A model generated the notes under the pieces. It was not told the origin of the DNA, made no database searches, and was given only the letters and a program-made list of their open reading frames with translations. Shown one piece after another: positions 49,501-61,154 of a stretch of 64,000 nt of DNA; the first letter of the stretch is position 1, and each line of letters begins with the position of its first letter. The translations under genes were made by a program, and so were the position numbers. Source of the DNA: Octopus bimaculoides (lineage: Eukaryota); the NCBI RefSeq assembly GCF_001194135.2, contig NC_068987.1:18388804-18452803 (forward strand), in the 5' to 3' direction.

Positions 49501-52354
49501 GATATTTTTGGTAATAAATTCAGTATGTGTTAAATTTACATATCTTATAAGAGCCTCTATCTGGTTAGAAAGCAGCCGCATTTTTGTACAATTATACTCC
49601 ACCATCTTACAAAAAACCCATACACACTGGATAATGTAGTCCCATATACTCCTAAAACTTAATCTGTCGCTCATTTGAACACCATCATCTGGTTCTATGG
49701 GTGTATTTAGCAGAGTCCACTCTGTTGTAAGCATTCAGGACAAGGTTTCTGGTTATAGCATAACTTCCTCCTTCCCTCTCACCAGTCATGACAAGAATAA
49801 ATAAATATAATATAATATGTGTGTGTGTGAAGGTGCATAGCTCAGTGGTTCGTGTGCTGGGCTCACAATCATGAGATAGTGAGTTCGATTCACAGACCGG
49901 GCTGTGTTGCGTTCTTGAGCAAGACACTTTATTTCACATTGCTCCAGTTCACTCAGCTGTAGAAATGAGTTGCGACGTCACTGGTGCCAAGCTGTATCGG
50001 CCTATGCCCTCCCCTTGGGCAACACTGGTGGCATAGAGTGGGGAGACTGGTATGCATGGGCGACTGTTGGTCTTCCATAAACCTTGGCTGGACCTGTACC
50101 TCGGAGGGTAACTTTCTAGGTGCAATCCCATGGTCATTCATGACTGAAGGGGGGGGAGGGGTTTACCCTTTTAAATATATATATATTCTTTTATTTGTTT
50201 CAGTCAGTTGTCAAGTGATGGTGGAGGGACAAACACAGACACACACGACAGGCTTCTTTCAGTTTCCGTCTACCAAATCTACTCACAAGGCTTTGGTCAG
50301 CCCGAGGTTGTAGTAGAAGACACTTACCTGAGGTGCCACGCAGTGAGACTGAACCCGGAACAATGTGGTTGATAAGCAAGCTACTTTATTTCAATAAATT
50401 TGCCATGTAGGCATAATACAGAGGGGACGAACAAGGACAGACTAACATACAATGGTGAAGTAGCTTAAAGCGCTATTATAAATCGATTAAAAATATGAAA
50501 AATTTAAAATTAAAAAAAAATAAAAAACATTGCGTTATGCAATGTGATACTGAAGGAAAGGCGTCCAACATCAGGGTAGGGACTTTGATTCTCTTCCAGG
50601 GCTCCACTTACTTGGTGCCAATCACCAAGATTTCTTCTTCGAAATTTCACTCACAAATCACTGCTCAATCCGAGGTTATAATAGAAAATATCTGCTGAAA
50701 GTATCACGCAGTGGGATTGAACTTGAAACCTCGTGACAGGGAAGCGAACTTCATACTCAATTAGCATCATGAACGACTAGAAATAATCCGTTATTACATT
50801 TACAACTTTTGCATCTTCCATTATAATTTCATTTATAATTTCGTTTTTTTTTTTTGTCGATTATTGTACTTAAAATATCGGTCCTCCATGGGTAAAAGGC
50901 AAACGTGAAGCCACCTGGTCGCGAAAAATCAACAAACATTTCTAAAGCGTCTGTATTAACCCCACCTCTCATTACAATAGTCCTTCGAAATTAAAGTTTG
51001 ATCGTTTCTAAAAAGCACAATGGTTTGCACGGCCACTGTCCAACAAACAAAGGTACCTACTCCTCAGGTAAGTAACGTGGCCACAACTGACTTCCCGGAA
51101 CTAATACATAAGTTTCAACTCGACTCTCCTAAGTGTAAAGTAACCAGCACAAATGTTTAGGTATTCAACTACTGACCCTATGGCGTGTCTCGCAATACAT
51201 TTCAATACTCCCAAATGATATAAACACTAGTTGTAAATAGGTACAGTAAACAGTGGTGGCCCTATTTGACGAGTGCTTTTTAAAATTTGCAATACTGAAA
51301 CCACGTCATCCATCTGGAAGAGAAATAACTAACTGCATTATTGATTTGCCCTTAAGAGGTTTCAAGTGACCCTTCAGCTTAATGAGTCCTGCCACGAAAT
51401 GAAATGCATGTAATATATAAACTCATGACTCTTGTTAAAGTAGTTATCCGATTTATTGTTACATAAAAACACATTGAACAAACATATTGGGTTTATTTTT
51501 CTAATTTTTTCAGTATCATAGCCAGCATTTCCGACAGTCGCAAATATGTTGGCAATGTTTACCTGACAATCAAATATCATGCCTCATTTATTCGTCTTTC
51601 GCACCAATTCTTATTAGAATTATGGATGCATCATATGTAAAGTATATTAATATAAAATGTTGTTTTTGTGGTAAAATATTTCGTGGCGAACCAAAAGGTC
51701 AAGGCTAGGGTAAGAAAAACCAGCCCATATTTCTTTTGAGAAAGGCAATCACCTCTACGGCTAAAAATGAACTACTAAGTTTATTTGATAAATCCATCAG
51801 CAGTAAAGGATAAATTGGAGGCAGCAAAATACTAAATAATAGTATCTAGATGAATGAACGAGTTATATAAGTAGAAGAGGACGATCCATTCTGCATAAAT
51901 ATACGTATACACACACACCCTAGGTCAAAGTTATTGCATAATTACAGAAGTAAACAAAAAAGCATAAAAAAAAAATAGCATGGATTTACAAATACATACA
52001 TGCATTAAACTTTCTATAATCTGGAAGAGTTCAGATTAATAAATAACTACACTCTTTCTCTTAATATAGATTACATCATCAAATATATTTGTATACATAC
52101 CACGCTGAAAATAGTTTAATACACGAAAATCAACTTCTCTCTTTTTCTTGGCCTTGACTAATTTTTGATGAGGCTTGAACTTGTTACTAATTTCAATGTA
52201 TATATATATATATATATATGTAGATGAAAAAAAACAGGAAGTAGAGATAAATAAATTACATTAATTAAAACGTGAAAACATTGTTATTAATTACTAATAG
52301 CAAACATGACACTAAGTCGAAATGTTGTCTTGCTGAGTTATAAATAATTTTACG

Positions 52355-52440
52355 CCTTTTGATTGGTTGATTTTGTCAACGGTTAAAGCTTCTGCTTATT
52401 TGATTGGTCAATTTCTCAATACTCATTGACATGCGCGCTA
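52355..52440. promoter_or_regulatory. Candidate (bidirectional) promoter between ARMC1 and MTFR
   Basis: Two GATTGG (reverse CCAAT) boxes at 52362 and 52403, 41 bp apart, then ATGCGCGC at 52431. Strong + donor ag|gtaagt at 52599; a - donor CAG|gtaaac at 51563. Confidence 0.35.
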
Positions 52441-53275
52441 AATTCAACTTCACCAAATGAAACTTATCTTTTATTTACCAAAATATTTTCTAATGGATAA
52501 TGTCATTTTATAATTGTTTTAACATGGTGTGTCTAATTCTTCCGATGTTTTAAGCACATAACGAAATAACAACACCATCAGTTTATTTTTATATCATAGG
52601 TAAGTAACCAAGTGCTGGTATGTAATCGCTGTTTTCGTGCACGTGTTTAAACTCTTATTTACTCCTTTAATATGTTGTACGTTCTGGGTTCAAGCCCTGC
52701 CGAAATTAACTTTGCATTCCAATGCTCTGAGGGGTCGATAGCATCGACTAACACTCTCCTCTGAAAATTGCTAACCCTGTGCATATTTTTTTTAATGACT
52801 CTATGACACTTCGTTGGTCTAATTGTTTCCGTTTTCAGAACACAATCAAAATACCTTACCCTATAGGCTTAATGTTTTTTTTTTAAGCGAACCTAGATCC
52901 CTTACGGTATTTAGTTCGAGTAATATTCAGTATCTAAGAAAAGTGTTGATAGCTTACAGCATCAACAATTAACATGATGGCAAGTTCAAGATGAATTTAA
53001 TGTCCGTGAGGTACGAAAAAAAATGTTTATATATTTAGTTCGAATCGACTTGCTTAGTTTCTCAATTTAAAATTTCTCCTCAACATAAGATAATGTAATC
53101 GTAGGTACAATATGCCTGAAAATAACATGGGATGGTCTTGTCTGGAAAGTCTTTGATCATAGGTTTGTTTGATTAGGGTCTACGTAGACTTTTCTTTTGA
53201 ACTGTAGCAAAATAACTTAATGAACGTCATTTTGACGTTTACAAAGTAACTGATATTAGAAACATTTGATAAGAC

Positions 53276-53321
<46 letters not shown>

Positions 53322-53988
53322 TGTCTTTTTAGAAAACAGTTAATTTAGAAAGTGTTAAAACAAATTTATTTGGGTTGAGCATAGTAAAAAGATTTTTCTT
53401 TTTTTAATTCTGTTGAAACTGAAATTAATCATTGATACGTGTTTAGTTATTTTGTATGTGTTTTTGTTATATTTTGGATGTATTGAATTATAGATTAACT
53501 AAACGTACAAATTATAGATAAGAAAATACTCAAACTATAACTAAATGCACAAAATATGTAACTCGAAACACCATATAACTCAATCAAACAACCATTAGAT
53601 ATAACTTTTTTAAACACAGACAAAATATAACTAAATTATGTTACTGTGGTAAACTCTAGTTTCCCCAAAATTTGATAAAACAATATGAAGAATTTTACTA
53701 CGCTTTTTAACGTAAAGAAAAATCAATTTTACTATGCTTCAAAAGGAAATTGCAGAACGACTAGTCTTCATAGAAAATTAATTAAAACGATTGGACCCTG
53801 TGAACGGAAATTCTCACAGGAAAAAATGTCAAATTTTGAAGTCATTTATTAACTGACAATAAAATGACTTGTATACATAATAAGGTTTTAATGATGACCG
53901 CATCTTAGGTTCGACTCTTAATTGAACCGATGTAAAGCACTGTCACGGAATTTATTCTACTTAGAAGTAGTAATTATGTTCTACACAG

Positions 53989-54054
53989 GTGTTGGAAATG
54001 TAGGTATTAGGAATAAGGACACTCCATGGTCCGGCAGGTTGAGGTTGGAAATGT
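53989..54054 (+). other. Candidate 5' (mostly untranslated) exon of MTFR
   Basis: ctacacag|GTG...TGT|gtgagt, 66 nt. If spliced to 55777, the ATG at 54051 gives MSTMFLAFG in frame. No transcript evidence. Confidence 0.35.
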
Positions 54055-54580
54055 GTGAGTAGACATTCGCTTCACTGGAGAATGCCGTATCCCTGCGTAC
54101 TCCTTCTCTGTTTTTAAATAAAATTCATGATGTTATTCGATGGAATTTAAACAGTCGTTGATTTCGTTATTTTTTCATAACCGCGCTGGCAGAATTATTA
54201 ATATGTCGGATAAAATACTTTGGTATTTCTTTCGGCTATTTTTTTGTGTTCTGAGTTCAAATTACATCGAGATCGACTTTGCCTTTCATCTTTCCAGGGT
54301 CCATAAAATCAGTTCCAATTGAGCATTGAGATCGATATAATCAACTAACCGATAATGTCAGGCAATGCCTATAAGGCGAAGTTTCGAAATAGCTATCCAG
54401 TAATGTGGCCGGAACTAGGACTGAGTGATAAAAATGTGGAAAAAATATTGAAATTTTGGGGATAAACTTCTTTCGCAGTCATAATCTGTGCCATTTATTA
54501 ATAAATTATTACAATTACAACTTAGTCAAATCTAAGTTGCATTTCTCAAAGGGATTTTTGGTTTGTTTGTTTGATTTTTT

Positions 54581-55146
54581 GGCACTATCATGCTATTAGC
54601 TGTCAGAAGTGAAAGTGCTCACTGCTAGTGAAGTATCTGTCTGTCTGCCTGCCTGTTGCTGGCCTGTCGATTCTTTGGCTACTGACAGCTAATACCATGA
54701 CTGGCCGGAGCGAGCTATATGTCTGTCTCTCTGTCTCTATCTATCTACTACTCGAAAGTTCGCGCGTCCGCGCTAGCTAGTCGTGAGTAGAAAACACAAA
54801 TTTAATATAAAAACATATTTCCTGAAATTGCAAATTATTTAAAATATAAAAATATAATTTTCAACAGAGAGAATTTATCAAAATAGAAAATTTATGAAGT
54901 TTGAAGTTTAAAAATAATAGGATCGACCACTCACGACTAGCTAGCGCGGACGCGCGAACTTTCGAGTAATAGATAGATAGATAGAGAGAGAGACAGACAG
55001 ACAGACATATAGCTCGCTCCGGCCAGTCATGGTATTAGCTGTCAGTAGCCAAAGAATCGACAGGCCAGCAACAGGCAGGCAGACAGACAGATACTTCACT
55101 AGCAGTGAGCACTTTCACTTCTGACAGCTAATAGCATGATAGTGCC
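54581..55146. mobile_element. Young fold-back MITE with ~210-bp TIRs and 8-bp TSD (Merlin- or MuDR/Foldback-like)
   Basis: Arms 54581-54788 and 54929-55146 are near-identical except for microsatellite length; GGCAC...GTGCC termini; TSD GATTTTTT at 54573-54580 and 55147-55154. Confidence 0.9.
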
Positions 55147-55781
55147 GATTTTTTTTATGAAACTGCGTATTCAGGTGTTTACCCTCTCAATTGCTACGAA
55201 AGGCACGAATTAAAATTGATCTCAGTATTATATCTCATGGAAGTATTAGCATCGATTGTGCTCTGCATCAATTGAAAGAAAGACCTGGTCCGCAAATATT
55301 GGTGTATGTTGTTCGTTTTTGAACCGTATCAATATATTTTCTGTACATTTGTAATAAAAATTTGTGATTTCATTCATTACTTCACCTCTCTTTGCCAAAC
55401 TTTCTTTCTTCTCTCCATGCCCTGACCACTATTGGAGTAGACATTAAAGGTGGATCTATTCCAGTAAAAGAGACTGAAGAATGATAATTTTTTGTGGAGA
55501 AGTGACCTATCTACTTGCTAGTGCTAATAAGTATAAGAGTTAAGTATATGTTCACAGCCAGGATCAATGCCTGGATTATTTGGAAGACTTGATCTTTTTT
55601 GCTTATGTCACCCAGTAACATTGTATCACAATAACACTCAAGGCAGGGAGACACAATCCTACCACCACCAACACATACATATACATTCATGTATTGCACA
55701 CACATCCACAAGGGACTCCTTTCTTCAATGATTCATTGCAATAATCTGGTTTTATTTATTATTTTTTTCTTTCCAGCAACA

Positions 55782-55847
55782 ATGTTCCTCGCTTTTGGTA
55801 GCTTTGTGTTCAGCTGGCTTTATGAAGTTGCAAGCCAACAGAATACT
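55782..55847 (+). CDS. MTFR1: MTFR coding exon 1 (MFLAFGSFVFSWLYEVASQQNT)
   Basis: ctttccag|CAACA ATG ... ACT|gtgagt; 66 coding nt, the size I recall for human MTFR1. Confidence 0.75.
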
Positions 55848-58387
55848 GTGAGTTCTAATTTTAATCTTTATTTGTTTTAAAGGGAATTGTATAATTGTGT
55901 ATGTCAGCAGGGACGGGTTGATCTAAGAATAGTTTCAAATTTTCTGTGGCCTTGGTGCATAATTTTTAGTAGCATCATAAAAACTTAGTAGACCTCGGTT
56001 AGTTATCTCTCTTGAAAATTGTTCGATGAAAATGATAAAATGCTTCTTTACCACCATCATCACCACCACCACCATCATCATCATCATTATTTTCACCTCC
56101 CTACTTTGATTTGTTTTTACAGTTTACTTCTCTGGTCAAAAGAGTTTTCAGTTCTTTATCCACCTCAAAAAAAGTGAAGGCACTCAAAGACCATTTTCAT
56201 CCGAAAACAGTTTATAGGGTTCTTCAAGAGGTAAGATTTTTAAAAAAGTCTTTTTTTTTTTATTGTTTTTCTCTGTTTCTTGATATCAGCTGAGTAAACT
56301 GAAGCAAAGTGGAATGAAGTGCCTTGCTCAACGACATACTGTTTGATCTCGTGTCTTTATGATTGTGAGGCCAATACCTTAGGTTCATGTATTTAGGTTG
56401 AAATTGAAAATATTTCACAGCCACCTACTGGTTTCCATCCATCAATTCAGTGAGGGTAGAGTTCTCAGGCACCTCCTCCTTTGGGTGCTATCAGAAGCAG
56501 CCTTCATTAGACTTTCTAGCTGGATTCCCAAGTAGACCAACTGAGACCTTGAATATTATCCAACCGTCTCATTCTGGGTCTACCTTTAGATCTCTTAATG
56601 ATAGGCTTGGCTTGAAGAATTTGTCTTGCAATTGTTTCCTACTGGTTTGAATATTGAAAATCTTTATAGAATTTCCTTTTCATAATTACTCTTCCATTTG
56701 CAGAATTATGGCAGCGATTCTGACTCTGGACTTTCTGAATCATCTGAAATTGCTTGGATAGAAGAAGATCTCGGAAATAATTGCATAGCAGTACGGTGAG
56801 TAACATTTTTGTTAGTTCTGCATGCACTGGACAAAAGAAATGTTGGGGTTTTAACATCCACTTTGGTATTAGGAATGGTATCCAGCCATAGAAACCATGC
56901 CAAAGCTGACACTGGAACTTGGCACAGCCCTGCAGCTTACCAGATTCTGTTGAACAGCCCAACACATGCCCGCATAGAAAATGGACATTAAATGGCGAAG
57001 ATTTAAGATGCTCACATGGTTCATGGTTGGAACAGAATTTGTTTAGGCAGATTTTCTATCGCTGGATGCTCTTTCTGTTACCTGTCACTTAAACTTTTCC
57101 AAATGAGGTAATGTTTTCATTGAAAATAGGAAATGGACACCACTTGCGTGACAGTGACATTTGCTTATGACTATCATGTGATGTCAAGGCAAGGAGACCA
57201 TAACCACATGTGTGCGCACACACACACACACATGTATGATGGGCTTTTTTCACATTGTTTCTCTACCAGATTCACTCACTAGGCTTTAATTAGCCTGGAG
57301 TTATAGTAGAAGATGCTTGCCCAAGGTCCTACACAGTAGGACTGAATTCAGAATCATGTGACTGGGAAGCAACTTTATGTATGTCATCATCATCATCATC
57401 GTTTAACTTCTGGTCTCCATGCCAGCATGAGTTGGACTGTTTGACATAGAGCTTGCTAGCAGGGAGCTGTCCAGGTTCCAACTGTCTGTTGTGGCATGGT
57501 TTCTACAGCTGGATGCCCTACCTAACACCAACCACTTAACAGAGTGTGTTGGGTGCTTTTTCTGTGTCACCATCACAGGTGTGTTTACACAGCATCAGCA
57601 CAGGTGCGTTTACGCAGCACTGGCACTGGTACATTAACACAGCACCAGCACAGTTGCTTTTTAAGTGGCACTAGCGCCTGTATATATGGAAGACAGTGAT
57701 TTTATTTAGCTTGATGTGTTTTATCAAGTACAGCAAATTGCCACAGCTCTCAGTCCCCTGTCATTTCCTCAGCAAGGGATCCTTTCTCACTTCATCCCAC
57801 ATCTTCATGGGTCTACCCCTTCCACAGTTAGAGCTCAGCATTTCTTTATGCAGCTGTCATCCATATATATATATATATATATAATTAATTAATAATATCA
57901 AAGGGTAATCTGAAATATTAGAAATTTCCATTACTAGTGGCCTAGCGTGTAAAAATTTAGTCCATAAAATATATATTATTCATATAAATTCAGTGTACAT
58001 TTAAGCACATAAAAGGTATCCATCATGGGACTACCCGCACGCTAGAGAGGACAGTTAAATTCCAAACCACTATTAGGGATAAAATTTCGAAGGGAATGAA
58101 AAATAAAAACATTTACCATCTAACTCCTGGACCAAATGGTTTCAGACTTTTTTTAGCAAATAAAGTAATTTGCTAGGCGAAGCCTTCTTCAGCAGGTACA
58201 CCTTAGATTAAATATATATACACGAGGCAATCCAGTATATGCCCCGTGCTTATACATTCTAATTTTTCAAATCTACCGCACAAGTGCAGCTCCTTGTCGG
58301 CAGTAAATAAATATGCCGGCTTTTTTTATCTCGAAATTATCTAAGAAAAAATTATCAATAATTAATAATATCAAAGGGTAATCTGAA

Positions 58388-58424
<37 letters not shown>

Positions 58425-61119
58425 CGACAAATAGATGTATTTGTGCGAGTGTATGCACACATACATGCACGATGTTCCACCATTCTTAAGCTCATGGATA
58501 TGCCTACAGTTTGTACCTGTTTATAGCAAAAAGAACCAAACACATCAACTGCAACTGTGTTCTAACCGTCCATCAAGCAGTGGATTGGCAGGACCATTAG
58601 AGCATCAGATAAAATGTCAGCAATATTTGGTTATGATCATTATATCCTGAGTTCAAACCCCATTTCCTATTTCCCGCCTTCCTGACACTTGTGCCAGTGG
58701 CACGTGAAAAGACATTCTAGCGAGATCCTGTGCAGGTGGCACGTAAAGGCACCCACTACACCCTCGGAGTGGTTAGCGTTAGGAAGGGCATCCAGCTGTA
58801 GAAACTCTGCCAAATGAGATTGGAACCTGGTGTCGCCTCCTGGTCCACCAGTCCTCAGTCAAATCGTCGTCCAACCCATGCTAGCATGGAAAGCGGACGT
58901 TAAACGACGACGACGATGATGATGATGATGAATAAAATAGCAAATTAGTCAAATATTGAGGTTAATTTAACCCTTTAACATTCACATTATTCTGTCAAGT
59001 CTAATGCTTATTAATTCACATTGCTTTGAATTTAATCATGCATTATCTGGTAGCTTCAAGATTTTGATGCTCTGATTGTTTATTTTTAGAACGGCATTGA
59101 AGGATAGCAGGGGCGGACTGAGAGTATTAAGGGCCCTGAAGCATAACTGTTTATCGAGCCCCTTAGCATTGATTTAGAAGAGTTAACATGTAGAGTGCTG
59201 GACCCTCAGGCAGTGCCTGATTGATCAACGGCTCAGTCAGCCCCTGTAGGACAGATATAAGAGGCAGATCTGGCCAATTTGAACATAAAACATATAGAAT
59301 ATTTGGACTGGGTATGGCCTGTTTGACTGCTAACTGGTTAATCCATTCCTACAAAACTACTTAAGATAAAAATAGAATTATAACTGAAGACAAAAACTAA
59401 GTCTTTGATTGTCAGATAGGCCACCCTTCCACCCCTGGGCAATATTGTTATTTTATCTTTTTTTTTTTGGTTAATTTAATTTCATTTTCACATGGTTTAT
59501 TTTAGAACACAGATGAAAAATCGCAGAAATTTACATTTTAATCAAAGTGTGTCAACATCAATTAACCTTGCTGAGCCTCTGAGTACATCAACTCCACATA
59601 ATCCCTTCGAAGAAAGCGTTAATTCCTTACAGAAGATTAACGAAATGCAATCCGAGATTGAAAAATTAAAGGAACAAATTGCTATGATGTGCAACAGTAA
59701 GGATTTTTTTTGTTTTTTTAGAAATCATATTGTCTTGGTTTGTTTGACTATTGAAATTCACTTTTTTCATGATTGTGAAGTTGATTTGTGTGTGTGTGTG
59801 TGTGCATACACACTCACACACACACACATATATACACTTACAGCTCGTGGCAGAATTGTTTGCACGCTGGGCCAGATGTTTAGCTTCATTTTGTCTGTCT
59901 TTGCGTTCTGAGTTCAAATTCCACCAAGGTCGACTTTGTCTTTCATCCTTTCGGGGTTGATTAATTAATTATTTGTCAAACGTTGGGGTTGATGTGATCA
60001 ACTTACCCCCTCCCGGTTTGGTCTTGTGCCAAAATTTGAAATCAATATTTAGCAGAAGCAACAGAATTACTCAAGGACTGAGAGTTTCGTGCATTAGCAC
60101 TTATCAAACTCTTGCTTCTGCTAAATATTAATGAAAAAAAAATGTGTGCTGTTATGTTTATTTTTTTACCTCCCTTTGCAGCTGCAGCTTTCAAATCAGA
60201 AGGTACATCATCAAATCATTCTACAGTGTCACCAACATCACAAACACATTTACCAAGAACTTTAGTTCCGCCGCCGCCACCACCACCAATACCACCAGTG
60301 CTACGAGCAGCACCGCCTCCACCACCACCACCACCACCACCTTCTGCTTTAAAGACAAGTGATTCAAGTTCTAAACCAAACAAAGAATTTATGTCTCTTG
60401 GAGATATGCTTAAACAGGTAACCTTATTTTTCATCTGATATTTTTTTTTGTTCCATGTTTTGGCATGGGTTAGAATGAAACTTTCTAAGGATGGATGCTC
60501 TTCCTGTCACCAACCCTTTTTATTCCAACACTCGTCATACTTCTGGTGTTCTTCAGATCATTTGTTTCTTGGATAAAGCAAGCAATGTCACCACTTCATA
60601 TATATGAAGGTGCAAAGCTTAGTGGTTAGTGTGTCATGCTCACAATCACTAGGTAATGAGTTTGATTCTTGGACTGTTCTGTGTGTTGTGTTCTTGAGCA
60701 AGACTATTTCACGTTAAATGTGTCGTCGTAAAAAATCTACTCTCTTAGCATATTAATGGGAGCAAGTATAGCTTGTGTGGGTGGGCGGGGGTGTGGTCTG
60801 CTTAAGAATCAGGGAATTTTTGATTTCGAATTTCCTTCCCCAACATCTTCAGTAAACGTTTTTTTTTTTGTTTTTTTTACCATAAATCTGTGATGAAAAC
60901 TTAAAACCTTGTAACTGAAATTTCGTAGTAAGAAACTATGTGTTTAAATAGGCGCAAGAGTGGCTGTATGGTAAGTAGCTTACTTACCAACCACATGGTT
61001 CTGGGTTCAGTCCCACTGCATGGCACCTTGGGCAAGTGTCCTCTACTATAGCCTGGGGCCGACCAAAGCCTTGTGAGTGGATTTGGTAGACAGAAACTGA
61101 AAGAAACCCGTCGTATATA

Positions 61120-61154
<35 letters not shown>

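Noticed and set aside
51061-51075. Strong + donor cag|gtaagt as MTFR first exon
   Set aside because: Conflicts with the alternative candidates at 52599 (+) and 51563 (-); cannot be resolved without transcript data.
57934-58435. Possible Helitron (A|CTAG...GA|T on +)
   Set aside because: 3' hairpin is weak, and a 32-bp direct repeat straddles the proposed boundary (~57890 vs ~58360).
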